Source of the DNA: Candidatus Hodarchaeota archaeon
GTDB taxonomy: Archaea; Asgardarchaeota; Lokiarchaeia; Sigyniarchaeales; SOKP01
DNA length: 64,000 bases
Direction of reading: 5' to 3'
NCBI GenBank assembly: GCA_048887225.1
Contig: JBHLJY010000007.1
Location: forward strand, 51,294-115,293
How positions within the stretch are numbered: position 1 is the stretch's first letter; each line of letters begins with the position of its first letter. Positions 29,852 through 39,388 of this stretch are shown here, one piece after another. The translations under genes were made by a program, and so were the position numbers. The notes beneath the pieces are model-generated. The model made no database searches. It was not told where the DNA came from and was given only the letters and a program-made list of their open reading frames with translations.

Positions 29852-30376
29852 TTAGTAAAAACCTGAATCTTCCATCATTAATCTAGTTAATGCTTCGAAA
29901 GTTGTTTCTACATTCTCCCCTGTTTTCGCACTGCATTCTATAAATGCAGCAACATCCCTTGATTTGGCCATTTTTATACCCTCTTCACCTGTTACTTCTC
30001 GCTCGACAGCAAGATCGGCTTTCCCACCGACTACAATTATTGGAAATAATTTATTCATTTCTTTTTGAATTACAAGCAACCAATCGTCAATATGAGCTAA
30101 AGATGAATAATTTGTTATGTCGTACATAAAAATTCCTCCGGCTGCGCCTCTGACATAAGTTGGTAATATAAATCTAAATCTTTCTTCTCCACCAAAATCC
30201 CAAATTTGCAATTTAATTTTTTTATCATCAATTTCTAGACTCTTTACTTCAAATTCTACTCCAATAGTCATTCTGGAATCGGATTTAAAAAGATTAGTCA
30301 TGTATCTCTGAGTTAATGTGGTTTTTCCAGTACCTGCATCACCAAAGATGACTATTTTATAAGTCGCGTCGTACAT
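29852..30376 (-). CDS. small GTPase, Rab/Ras-like (divergent G3 and G4 motifs)
   Basis: G1 GDAGTGKTT, switch I TIGVEF, G3 WDFGGEE (Glu where Rab/Ras have the catalytic Gln), G4 GGKAD (not NKxD), G5 ECSAK. Confidence 0.9.
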   Translation of the reverse strand: MYDATYKIVIFGDAGTGKTTLTQRYMTNLFKSDSRMTIGVEFEVKSLEIDDKKIKLQIWDFGGEERFRFILPTYVRGAAGGIFMYDITNYSSLAHIDDWLLVIQKEMNKLFPIIVVGGKADLAVEREVTGEEGIKMAKSRDVAAFIECSAKTGENVETTFEALTRLMMEDSGFY

Positions 30377-30588
30377 CTTGAATATAGGATTTTTTTTCTT
30401 AGCTCAATAGATAGATTTTTCAATAATTTATAAATTCCTCAAACTTATAAATAATTTTATATTATTTAGACGTTTTTGAATTTAAATTTAATTCAATCAA
30501 TACATATAAAATATGTAAAAAACTGATAAAATTTAACAAATTTTCATTATTATTGAACTTTGAATAAATTATTGTTTAATTAACTTCT

Positions 30589-32307
30589 ATGAAAGTAATT
30601 AATAAAAATACTATTGCGAAATATCTAAATAATTACATATCTGACTATTCAATAGAGGATCTCGAAAGTTTTATTGAAATTCCACCAGCAGGAATTAATT
30701 TTTCATATGCTTTCCCAGCTTTTCCATTAGTTAAATATAAAAAAAAGGATCCTACGTTTATAGCTAAGAATTTGGAGAAGAAATTTATCTTACCGGATTT
30801 TCTAGATAAAATTGAGGCAAATGGACCATATTTGAATTTTAGAGTTAACGCAAAATTAGTTTTAGAGAATATTTTTAAACTTCAAAATGATTATGGAAAG
30901 ATTAAAGAAGTTATTAAAAAAAGCGAATTAAATCCTCAAAAAATTATTATAGAGTATCCATCACCTAATACAAATAAACCGCTTCATTTAGGCCACATAC
31001 GAAACATGCTAATAGGGAATGCCCTTTCAAATCTTCTAAAATATAAAGGTCATAATGTATTCAAAGTTAATTTAAACAATGACCGAGGCATTCATATCTG
31101 TAAAAGTATTCTCGCGTATAAGAAATGGGGAAATAATCAGGAACCTATAGATAAAAAAACAGACCATTTTGTTGGCGATTTTTATGTCAAATATAATCTA
31201 ATGGAACAAAAAAATAAAAAGCTAATCAATGAAGCAAAAGAACTTTTAAAATTATGGGAACAAGAAGATTCCGAAACAAGAGCAATGTGGAAAAAATTAA
31301 ATTCATGGGCCTTGAAGGGTTTCAAAGAAACTTACGCTAAATTCGATATTTCATTTGATAAAGAATATTACGAATCAGATTTCTATTTGAAAGGAAAATA
31401 TAAGGTTATTGAGGGCTTAAATAAGGGTATTTTTGAAAAAAGAGATGATGGAGCTATATTTGCTAAATTAAAAGATAAATTTGATCTTCCAGATAAAATT
31501 TTACTTAGAAGTGATGAAACCTCAATTTACATAACTCAAGAGATTTACTTAGCTTCCTTGAAAAAACAAGATTTTGATTATGATAAATCAATTTATATCG
31601 TTGGAAATGAACAAGACCTTTATTTTAAACAATTTTTTGCAGTTTTAGACATGATGGGCTTTAAAGAGGAGATGTATCATTTATCTTACGGAATGATTAG
31701 TCTACCTGAAGGAAAAATGAAAAGTAGAGAAGGAACTGTTGTTGACGCTGACGATATTGTTGAGGAAATGGAAAATCTGGCTTTCGAGGAGGTTAATAAA
31801 AGATATCCAGAACTTTCAAATGAAGAAAAATCGCATCGAGCGAAAATTATTGGAATGGCAGCTTTGAAATTTTTTATATTAAAATATAATCCAAAGTCAG
31901 ATTTTATATTCAATCCAAAAGAAAGCATTTCGTTTGAGGGAGAAACAGGACCCTATATTCAATATTGTTTTGCGAGAATTCAATCAATAATTAATAAATC
32001 AAAAGAAAACATTAGTTTAGATATAAACTTTGAATTATTGAATCATGAAAAGGAAATAAATTTAATAAAGCAATTAAATTATTTTCCAGAAATATTAGAT
32101 TCTACAATCAATACATATGGAATACATCTAATACCTCAATATCTTTTAACTTTAGGTCAAATATTTAATTCTTTTTATGGCGAATGTCAAGTTATTTCAG
32201 AAAATAAGGAATTAGAAAAAGCAAGATTATTATTAATAAAATGCGTTCAGATTATAATAAAAATTGGCTTAAATATTTTAGGTATTGATATATTAAACGA
32301 GATGTGA
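30589..32307 (+). CDS. argS: arginyl-tRNA synthetase
   Basis: 572 aa. HIGH-type PNTNKPLHLGHIRN, KMSKS-like GKMKSREG, and a C-terminal DALR anticodon-binding helix region. Confidence 0.9.
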   Translation: MKVINKNTIAKYLNNYISDYSIEDLESFIEIPPAGINFSYAFPAFPLVKYKKKDPTFIAKNLEKKFILPDFLDKIEANGPYLNFRVNAKLVLENIFKLQNDYGKIKEVIKKSELNPQKIIIEYPSPNTNKPLHLGHIRNMLIGNALSNLLKYKGHNVFKVNLNNDRGIHICKSILAYKKWGNNQEPIDKKTDHFVGDFYVKYNLMEQKNKKLINEAKELLKLWEQEDSETRAMWKKLNSWALKGFKETYAKFDISFDKEYYESDFYLKGKYKVIEGLNKGIFEKRDDGAIFAKLKDKFDLPDKILLRSDETSIYITQEIYLASLKKQDFDYDKSIYIVGNEQDLYFKQFFAVLDMMGFKEEMYHLSYGMISLPEGKMKSREGTVVDADDIVEEMENLAFEEVNKRYPELSNEEKSHRAKIIGMAALKFFILKYNPKSDFIFNPKESISFEGETGPYIQYCFARIQSIINKSKENISLDINFELLNHEKEINLIKQLNYFPEILDSTINTYGIHLIPQYLLTLGQIFNSFYGECQVISENKELEKARLLLIKCVQIIIKIGLNILGIDILNEM

Positions 32308-32339
32308 AAATTAAATAATTAAAGAGATTAATTTCTATC

Positions 32340-33248
32340 ATGAAATTTTTTGATTTTGGAGAAGTCATCGATTCTAATACTGAATTCGTAATATTTGGCA
32401 TCCCTTGGGATTATTTATCGTCTAATAAAGCACCTAACTCAGCAATGGCACCAAATAAAATACGTGAAATTACAGAAAATTTGGCACTTACTACTGAAAT
32501 GGGTTTTAAGATACCTAATTTAAAAGTGGTAGATTTTGGAAATATAAACATTATATCGACGAATGTTAATAAAAATCTAAAGGAGATCAAAAACTTCGTT
32601 AAGAAAATTTATAAACAAAAGAAAAATGTTATTCTCGTAATGATTGGAGGAGACCATTTTTGCACTTTTCCTGTTATAAAAGCTATTGGTAATAATTTTA
32701 ATAATAGAAGTGAATTTGGTGTAATTATATTTGATTCTCATATGGATTTCTACGAACAATGGGATAAAAATATTTATTCACATGCCACAATCTCTCATAG
32801 AATTTACGATTTAGATTACATAAATAATAAAAATCTCATAATTGTGGGAACGAGAGACATTGATATTCCAGAGTTAACCATAGCAAATAAGGAGAATATT
32901 GTACATCTTGATGCTTATATGTTAATTGATGATGGTTTAGAAAAATTTATAGAACGCATCGTCGACTTTTTTAAACAATCAAATATCAATTACATTTATG
33001 TTTCGATCGATATAGACGTATTAGATCCTTCTATTGCACCAGGCACAGGTTACGCTATCCCTGGAGGATTGTCTTATCGAGAAATGTGGCAAATTCTAAA
33101 AGAATTAGCAAAACAATTTAATATTGTAGGATTTGATTTAGTAGAACTCGCACCAAATTTAGATCTCTCCAATAATATGACCTGTAATTTAGCTGCCAAG
33201 TTAGTAATTGAATTAATATCTTTCATCGCGAATAATAAAAAAATTTAA
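32340..33248 (+). CDS. speB: agmatinase / ureohydrolase family protein
   Basis: Mn-ligand blocks IGGDH, FDSHMD, SIDIDVLDP, and LVELAP. Confidence 0.85.
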   Translation: MKFFDFGEVIDSNTEFVIFGIPWDYLSSNKAPNSAMAPNKIREITENLALTTEMGFKIPNLKVVDFGNINIISTNVNKNLKEIKNFVKKIYKQKKNVILVMIGGDHFCTFPVIKAIGNNFNNRSEFGVIIFDSHMDFYEQWDKNIYSHATISHRIYDLDYINNKNLIIVGTRDIDIPELTIANKENIVHLDAYMLIDDGLEKFIERIVDFFKQSNINYIYVSIDIDVLDPSIAPGTGYAIPGGLSYREMWQILKELAKQFNIVGFDLVELAPNLDLSNNMTCNLAAKLVIELISFIANNKKI

Positions 33249-33257
33249 TTGATTTAA

Positions 33258-34208
33258 ATGCCCGTTGAAGATTTTAAAGAAAAATTGAAGAATGTAAAAC
33301 AGCTTAAAATATCGGAAAATACAAAAATTGATGAATTAATTAAATCTTTTAAAGATACGGGATTTAACGCCAAACGTTTAGCTTTAGCATGTAAAATTTA
33401 TAAAGAAATGGTTGATGATAAAGATTGCGTTAAATTTTTTGGATTAGCAGGCGCCCTAGTACCTGCAGGAATGCGAGGAATCATACATGATTTTATTAAG
33501 GAAGGTTTTATTAATGTATTTGTTACAACGGGCGCAACCTTAACGCACGATATTGCTGAAACTCTAGGTTATCATCATCTTCAAGGAGATGTTAATATTA
33601 GTGAGATTGATGATTCAAATTTGCGTGAAATAGAGATAAATAGAATTTACGACGTTTTTCTGCCTAATAATGTTTATGAAGGGATTGAAAATTTTATTTC
33701 GCAATTAAAAATTCCCGATAACAATATGTCTGTTAGTGCATTTTTAAAATATTTAGGAGAGCAAATATACGATAATACAAATTCAATTTTAAAGATCTGT
33801 GCGGAGAAGAACGTGCCTATATTTTGTCCAGCTTTTACAGACTCAGGACTAGCGCTACAATTGGGATTTCATAATCAAACATTGAATCTTAACCATTTTA
33901 AAGACATGCTCGAAATGGTTAATTTAGCTTGGGAAGCAAAGAAAGCTGGTGTATGTATTGTTGGAGGTGGAGTGCCTAAAAATTTTATTATGCAATCGCT
34001 TCAATTTTGTCCAAACGCAGCTTCTTATGCTATTCAAATAACTATGGATCGACCGGAAACTGGCGGCCTTAGTGGTGCTACATTGCAAGAAGCAATTTCA
34101 TGGGGAAAAGTAAGCAAGAAAGCTAAATATTCTACAGTTATTTCAGACGCAACAATTGTGCTACCCTTAATCTTTTGGTATCTAAAAACATTAAAAAAAG
34201 CTCATTAG
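33258..34208 (+). CDS. dys: deoxyhypusine synthase
   Basis: 316 aa. Contains GLAGALVPAGMR, TTGATLTHD, VGGGVPKNF, and ISWGK with the catalytic Lys region. Confidence 0.9.
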   Translation: MPVEDFKEKLKNVKQLKISENTKIDELIKSFKDTGFNAKRLALACKIYKEMVDDKDCVKFFGLAGALVPAGMRGIIHDFIKEGFINVFVTTGATLTHDIAETLGYHHLQGDVNISEIDDSNLREIEINRIYDVFLPNNVYEGIENFISQLKIPDNNMSVSAFLKYLGEQIYDNTNSILKICAEKNVPIFCPAFTDSGLALQLGFHNQTLNLNHFKDMLEMVNLAWEAKKAGVCIVGGGVPKNFIMQSLQFCPNAASYAIQITMDRPETGGLSGATLQEAISWGKVSKKAKYSTVISDATIVLPLIFWYLKTLKKAH

Positions 34209-34242
34209 ATATATATATTACTCAAAATAAGAAAAGGTTTAA

Positions 34243-34707
34243 TTAATAAAAAGTACCTTTTAATTTTTGTTCGATTGTTTTTGTATCTGAACCAAATATT
34301 TCATCAAGATTTCTCCTAAAATTTTTAAATTGAGATATTTCAGACAAATTTTTTCCATCGTATTTTGCTTTAAATTGACCTATCACTTTCTTTAATGAAG
34401 GTTGAACAATTTTGTGAATAGCTTTATCTATTTTTTTCTCTTTATCTAATATAGCGTAAGAAATTATACTTTCTGGATCTGGACTGTCAGAAGGTTTGAT
34501 TTGGTCATCAATAAAAGCGATAATATACTTTTTCATTTCAAAATATTCCACTAGATCTGTTGAAAATGAGATTTCAGCGAAATCTTTGAGTGCCATTAAT
34601 AAACTAGCACGAAGATCAGCATCGATTTGTTCTACTGAAGTTTTATGATAGCTCGCATTTGCTAAAGTAAATCCTCTGAATAATATTCCAGCTTCGCGAA
34701 TGACCAT
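34243..34707 (-). CDS. small longin/roadblock-like protein (inferred fold), function unknown
   Basis: 154 aa. The residue pattern suggests beta-beta-alpha-beta-beta-beta-alpha: IREAGILF / FTLANASY / DADLRASLLMALKDFAEISF / LVEYFEM / KYIIAFIDD / SIISYAILD / long helix. Secondary structure was judged by eye. Confidence 0.4.
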   Translation of the reverse strand: MVIREAGILFRGFTLANASYHKTSVEQIDADLRASLLMALKDFAEISFSTDLVEYFEMKKYIIAFIDDQIKPSDSPDPESIISYAILDKEKKIDKAIHKIVQPSLKKVIGQFKAKYDGKNLSEISQFKNFRRNLDEIFGSDTKTIEQKLKGTFY

Positions 34708-34860
34708 TTTAAAATTATAATTTCTATATTTTTGGAAAGAAATTATATTATATATTATTATATATAGCTTGATAATAAATTTAATTGGTTCTAAAAGAAT
34801 TTCTTTTTATATGAATTATAAAATAGATAATTAGAAAAAATTCAATTTTTATATCATCAG

Positions 34861-35490
34861 ATGAAAAATAAGAACCAAATAAATCCTTATGATATTTGTA
34901 CGTGGCGTCCTATATCTGAGTGTAATAATTGCACGCTAAAAGGTTATCTAAAATGTCATTTTAAAAAAAAAAATTTGTTAAATTTTATAGGATTATTTCT
35001 ATTATTCGCCATACCCGCTTTTGCTGGAGTAATTATTGCAGATTATGGATGGTATCTTTTAGGATGGATTGCGTTTTGGATATTTTTTTTTGAGTTCTGG
35101 GAAATTCGAATCCTGTGCAGTCATTGCCCGTTTTATGCAGAAAAAGGAAGATTTATTCATTGTTTTGGTAATTACAAAAGTTTAAAAGTATGGAAATATC
35201 ACCCTGAACCCATCAGCCGTAGCGAGAAGATACAGCTTTTAATAGGATTTCTAATCTTTTTTGGATACCCGTACATCTTTATGATACTTGGGAAGCAATA
35301 TGTCTTTATAATACTTACTTCGATTGGGTTAATTATCTTTCTTGGAGTTTTAATTAAACGAAGATGTGCTAAATGTATTAATTTTTCTTGTATTTTTAAT
35401 CGAGTTCCCAAAGAAGTCGTTGATGAATTTCTCAATAAAAATCCGATAATGAAAGAAGCTTGGGAAAAAGCAGGTTATCGATTGAGTTGA
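34861..35490 (+). CDS. Cys-rich integral membrane protein
   Basis: 209 aa with about 4 TM segments. Cys clusters: CTW..C..C, CSHCPFY and CAKCINFSC. Confidence 0.5.
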   Translation: MKNKNQINPYDICTWRPISECNNCTLKGYLKCHFKKKNLLNFIGLFLLFAIPAFAGVIIADYGWYLLGWIAFWIFFFEFWEIRILCSHCPFYAEKGRFIHCFGNYKSLKVWKYHPEPISRSEKIQLLIGFLIFFGYPYIFMILGKQYVFIILTSIGLIIFLGVLIKRRCAKCINFSCIFNRVPKEVVDEFLNKNPIMKEAWEKAGYRLS

Positions 35491-35631
35491 TTGTCTAAAT
35501 ATTTCCCATATAATTTCATCAATTAAGAGGCTGTAAATTAGAATAAATTATCTCAGAAAATTAAATGTTTATATAAGATTAGGGGCAATTTTAATATATT
35601 AAGTCTTTAAATTACAAATGAGGTATATACA

Positions 35632-35895
35632 ATGGCGAGAGATTTTACAGTTGCAGATGTATTAGGAATAATAGCTATAATAGTAGCTATAATAGGATTA
35701 ATCTTTGAACCTTTAATACTAGGCGTTGTTGCTATAATCTTAGCGTTAATAGGATTGTATCTAGTTAGAGGTTCTGATAGAAAAAACATTTTTTGCATAA
35801 TAGGATTAATTCTCGGTATAATTTCTGTGATTTATGGCATAATTATACTTATTATGCGTTTAACGCATGTACCTCCAGGTCAAGCAAAAAAATAA
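35632..35895 (+). CDS. small two/three-TM membrane protein (DUF4190-like)
   Basis: 87 aa, Ile/Gly-rich repeated TM helices. Confidence 0.45.
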   Translation: MARDFTVADVLGIIAIIVAIIGLIFEPLILGVVAIILALIGLYLVRGSDRKNIFCIIGLILGIISVIYGIIILIMRLTHVPPGQAKK

Positions 35896-36035
35896 ATTCT
35901 TTTTTTTTTTCTTATTTTAAATCAAAATTATCATTAAAATATCTTAATTTTCCAATGGAAACCAACCAAGAAATCGAAGAGTTTTTAAATGAACTCGATC
36001 GAGAGAAAGTAAAGAAACAGAAATAAGATGTTGAA

Positions 36036-37220
36036 ATGATCGATAAAAAAAAAATTAAATCTTGTGCAGAGAATATAACAAAATGTGTCAATATTAAGGA
36101 AGGTGAATGTGTCTATATTAAGGGTGGTGTTTATTGCCAAGAACTTCTAGAAGAGGTTGCTTTAGAAGTTTTAAGAAAGGGAGGTCTTCCTCATATAAGT
36201 TCAACCACAGATTATTTTTCAGAAATGATTTATAGTGAAGAGCAGATAAAAATAGAGACATTGGAAAAGACTCCAATTCACATTCTAAAACTTATTGAAC
36301 ATCTCGATGTTTATATCGTTATTGAACCTTTCGAGGATCCTTCATTACGAAATAAATTTCCCAGAGACAAATTATTTGCATCATCAAAAGCATCAGCACC
36401 AATAAAGGATATTTTATATGGAAGTAAAAAGGAGTACGCTCCCGGAAAAAAATGGTGTTACGCAGGTTTTCCGTCTAAAAAAGCAGCAGAATTTTATAAT
36501 ATCAATTATGACTTATATGAAAAATTTATTGTTGATGGAATGAGTGTTCCTATTGAAGATTTAATGAAGATTACCAGAAATTTAGGAAAAAACTTTGAAA
36601 ATGCAAAAAATGTTCATATTAAAGATGAATTAGGAACTGATTGCTGGGTTTCAATTGAAAATCGCAGGATTAATTATGATGCGGGTATGTTAACGGATGA
36701 AATGATTGCTGTAGGAGATTTAGGTGGAAATCTGCCCGCGGGAGAAATCTTTATTGCTCCAAATGAAAATTTGGGCGAAGGTAAGCTTTTTTGTCCATTA
36801 ACGATTGATAGATATAGTAATAAGATCTTGAAAAATGTAGAATTATATTTTAAAGATGGAGTACTACAAGTTGATAAGGTTTTAGCTGATAATGATTTGA
36901 AAGATTTAATATCAAGCTTTAAAGAGTGTGAGGAAATTGATAAAACCAAAGATCTTGCTGAAATAAGAACATATAATGTAGCAGAGCTCGGAATTGGGTG
37001 TAATCCGAAGATAACTCAAGCAATTGGTTATATCCTAACCGATGAAAAAATTACAGGTAGCGTTCATATAGCCTTTGGATCAAATAAAATGTATGGTGGT
37101 ACATCCATATCTCAAATGCATTGGGATTTTGTAACAGCACCTAAAGCGAATATTACAATTGAATATAAAAATGGGGCAAAAAGAATTATAATGGAAGAGG
37201 GTAACTTAATCGAAGAGTAA
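36036..37220 (+). CDS. aminopeptidase, peptidase M29 (AmpS / aminopeptidase T) family
   Basis: 394 aa. Contains GGNLPAGEIFIAP, AELGIGCNP, GSVHIAFG, QMHWDF. Confidence 0.8.
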   Translation: MIDKKKIKSCAENITKCVNIKEGECVYIKGGVYCQELLEEVALEVLRKGGLPHISSTTDYFSEMIYSEEQIKIETLEKTPIHILKLIEHLDVYIVIEPFEDPSLRNKFPRDKLFASSKASAPIKDILYGSKKEYAPGKKWCYAGFPSKKAAEFYNINYDLYEKFIVDGMSVPIEDLMKITRNLGKNFENAKNVHIKDELGTDCWVSIENRRINYDAGMLTDEMIAVGDLGGNLPAGEIFIAPNENLGEGKLFCPLTIDRYSNKILKNVELYFKDGVLQVDKVLADNDLKDLISSFKECEEIDKTKDLAEIRTYNVAELGIGCNPKITQAIGYILTDEKITGSVHIAFGSNKMYGGTSISQMHWDFVTAPKANITIEYKNGAKRIIMEEGNLIEE

Positions 37221-37264
37221 ATTCATATTTCTTTATATTATTAATTAAAAAACTACTTTCCGTT

Positions 37265-37759
37265 TTATAAAGAGTAATTTTCCAAAAATTGTACAATTTC
37301 TTCTAGCACTAATTTTTTAAATGTTATTCTGTCTGCTTTAAAGTTATGTTTTTTAACCATTGTTTCTTTCATTGTTGAATAACTAATATACACTAAACCA
37401 ACAGGTTTTTCTGGACTCCCTCCTTTTGGGCCAGCAATGCCCGTAATTCCAATACCTATATCACATGGTTTCGACATTATTCTAACGTTATAAGCCATTT
37501 GTATTGCTACTTCTTCTGATACAGCACCATATTCTTCAATATATTTAGGATTTATTTTTAGGATATCAATTTTAGCTTGATTTCCATAAGAAACGATTCC
37601 TCTTTCAAAAGTTTTTGATGCTCCCGATATGCTTGTAAACATATGTGATACATACCCTCCAGTACAAGATTCAGCAATAGCAATCCAAATATTATTCTCA
37701 GAAAATTTATGGATAATTTTTTTAATTCTTTCATTAAGATCTTGGGACATTATTCTCAA
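37265..37759 (-). CDS. pncC: CinA C-terminal domain protein / nicotinamide-nucleotide amidohydrolase PncC
   Basis: 164 aa. Contains AESCTGG, ITGIAGPKGGSPEKPVGLVYI. Confidence 0.85.
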   Translation of the reverse strand: MRIMSQDLNERIKKIIHKFSENNIWIAIAESCTGGYVSHMFTSISGASKTFERGIVSYGNQAKIDILKINPKYIEEYGAVSEEVAIQMAYNVRIMSKPCDIGIGITGIAGPKGGSPEKPVGLVYISYSTMKETMVKKHNFKADRITFKKLVLEEIVQFLENYSL

Positions 37760-37897
37760 ATTAAATGTATAAACTTTTTTAATATCAATTTTTTATAAAA
37801 CTACAACTAATAAAAATTAATAAACACTAGAAATAACATAATTCTGAATTTAAAAATTAATAATTATAATCGGAAAAAAATTTAACAGAGTGATTGA

Positions 37898-38431
37898 ATG
37901 AGTCAAAATGAGAACGCATTTGTATTCAAAATAACTGTAATTGGAGATGGAGCTGTAGGAAAAACTTCTTTAATTAAGAAATACACCCAAGGTTCATTTC
38001 AAAAAGATTATATTAAAACTTTAGGAGCACAGTTTTCTAAATATGACGAGGAAATAGATGGCGATAATGTCAAATTATTTTTTTGGGATATTGCCGGTCA
38101 GGCGGAATTTATGTTTATGCGCCCTACTTTTTATAAAGGGTCAAAAGCAGCTATCATTGTATTTTCTCACGCCCCTGGAGAAGAAGAAAGTTATGAACAC
38201 GTTGTTCAGTGGCATGATGATATCAAAAATTTCTGTGGAGATTTACCTATAGTATTATTTGGAAATAAACTTGATTTAGTTAACGAGAAGAATTTAGATG
38301 ATAAAAAAGTACAAGATTTAATAAAAGACCGAAATTTCCTTGGATATTATAAAACTAGTGCAAAAACTGGTAGTGGAGTGTATAAAGCTTTTCAAGCAAT
38401 AATAAGGGAATTATATAATAAATATAAATAA
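37898..38431 (+). CDS. small GTPase, Rab-like
   Basis: G1 GDGAVGKTS, switch I TLGAQF, G3 WDIAGQ, G4 GNKLD, G5 TSAKTG. No C-terminal Cys prenylation motif. Confidence 0.9.
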   Translation: MSQNENAFVFKITVIGDGAVGKTSLIKKYTQGSFQKDYIKTLGAQFSKYDEEIDGDNVKLFFWDIAGQAEFMFMRPTFYKGSKAAIIVFSHAPGEEESYEHVVQWHDDIKNFCGDLPIVLFGNKLDLVNEKNLDDKKVQDLIKDRNFLGYYKTSAKTGSGVYKAFQAIIRELYNKYK

Positions 38432-38461
38432 AGGCGCCTAATACCTATTTTGACGATATAG

Positions 38462-38755
38462 ATGTATACTGACCAAGAATATCCTAAGATCCTATTTTTT
38501 TCATCTAATCATTGCGCACCTTGTAAACCTGTTGAAGAAATAATAAAAAGAATTAATATTTCAATGTTCGGAAAAAAATTATATATAGAAAAAATTGATA
38601 TTGAAGAGAGTGCAAACAGAAATGTCATACAAAAACACCGAATAACGACAATACCCACAATAATTATTGCAGACAGAAGACTCACCAAAAACATTCAAGA
38701 GGAAGAAATTATTGATGCTATTCTCTACGGCTTCATTTCGTCAGTTAAAATATGA
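38462..38755 (+). CDS. thioredoxin-fold protein (CAPC active site)
   Basis: 97 aa. CAPC lies after the first strand (FFSSNHCAPC), with a cis-Pro region TTIPTIII. Confidence 0.7.
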   Translation: MYTDQEYPKILFFSSNHCAPCKPVEEIIKRINISMFGKKLYIEKIDIEESANRNVIQKHRITTIPTIIIADRRLTKNIQEEEIIDAILYGFISSVKI

Positions 38756-38807
38756 ATAAAATCAAAAAAAGTAAAATGAATATTAAATATAAAATAATTT
38801 ACAAAAA

Positions 38808-39296
38808 GTGAAAAATATGGACCGCCAATTATTATCAAAAATATTGTCACAAATGAAAAAACATCTCAAAGAAAAGAAGGAAATAGGGGATATGAAAGTT
38901 GGAGCTTTACTAGCTTTGGGACACCAATTAGAAGCTATATTTTATTATTTAGGCCACGAATTAGGAACTATTCTAAGTGTTAAACGAGTTAAAGATGTAA
39001 AACATATTCCCGAAGCGTTAAAAAAAATAATTTCGGAATATAATATTGGAGATATTACAATTACGGAAAGTAAAGAAGAAATAGTTTCATTAAAATTGAA
39101 AGGGCACTCTTCTAGTAAAGATTTAATTGGAAAAGGTATAAAAGCAGAAGGAAATTTTTGTTCTTTTGAAGCAGGGATGCTAGCTGGGATTGTCGAACGA
39201 ATGAGTAATATCCACTGCTTTGCTCAAGAGTTAAATTGTAGTTTACAATCCGGAGAAGGTGCATGCGAATTCATGATAGTATTTCAGAAAGATTAA
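38808..39296 (+). CDS. V4R domain protein (Bet3/TRAPP-fold-related)
   Basis: 162 aa. The C-terminal GNFCSFEAGMLAGIVERMSNIHCFAQELNCSLQSGEGACEFMIVF fits the V4R Cys pattern (C.F.aG.l.G.....E..C...G...C.F). GTG start; an alternative ATG is at 38817. Confidence 0.65.
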   Translation: MKNMDRQLLSKILSQMKKHLKEKKEIGDMKVGALLALGHQLEAIFYYLGHELGTILSVKRVKDVKHIPEALKKIISEYNIGDITITESKEEIVSLKLKGHSSSKDLIGKGIKAEGNFCSFEAGMLAGIVERMSNIHCFAQELNCSLQSGEGACEFMIVFQKD

Positions 39297-39388
39297 TTAT
39301 TTTTAATCTCTCAAATATCATAAAATTATTAATAATCGCGCGAATATTATAACGATATATAGAAAGTAAATTATCTTATTGATCGAAA

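Noticed and set aside
35095-35120. A ttcgaatcc string resembling a tRNA T-loop.
   Set aside because: The flanking bases do not form a T-stem. No acceptor, D or anticodon arms are present, and it lies in frame inside a membrane-protein ORF.
35793-36026. 77-aa + ORF overlapping the end of the small membrane gene 35632..35895.
   Set aside because: The first half is out of frame within the better-supported membrane ORF. Only a 23-codon ATG-initiated tail (35955..36026) would be independent, which is too short to support.
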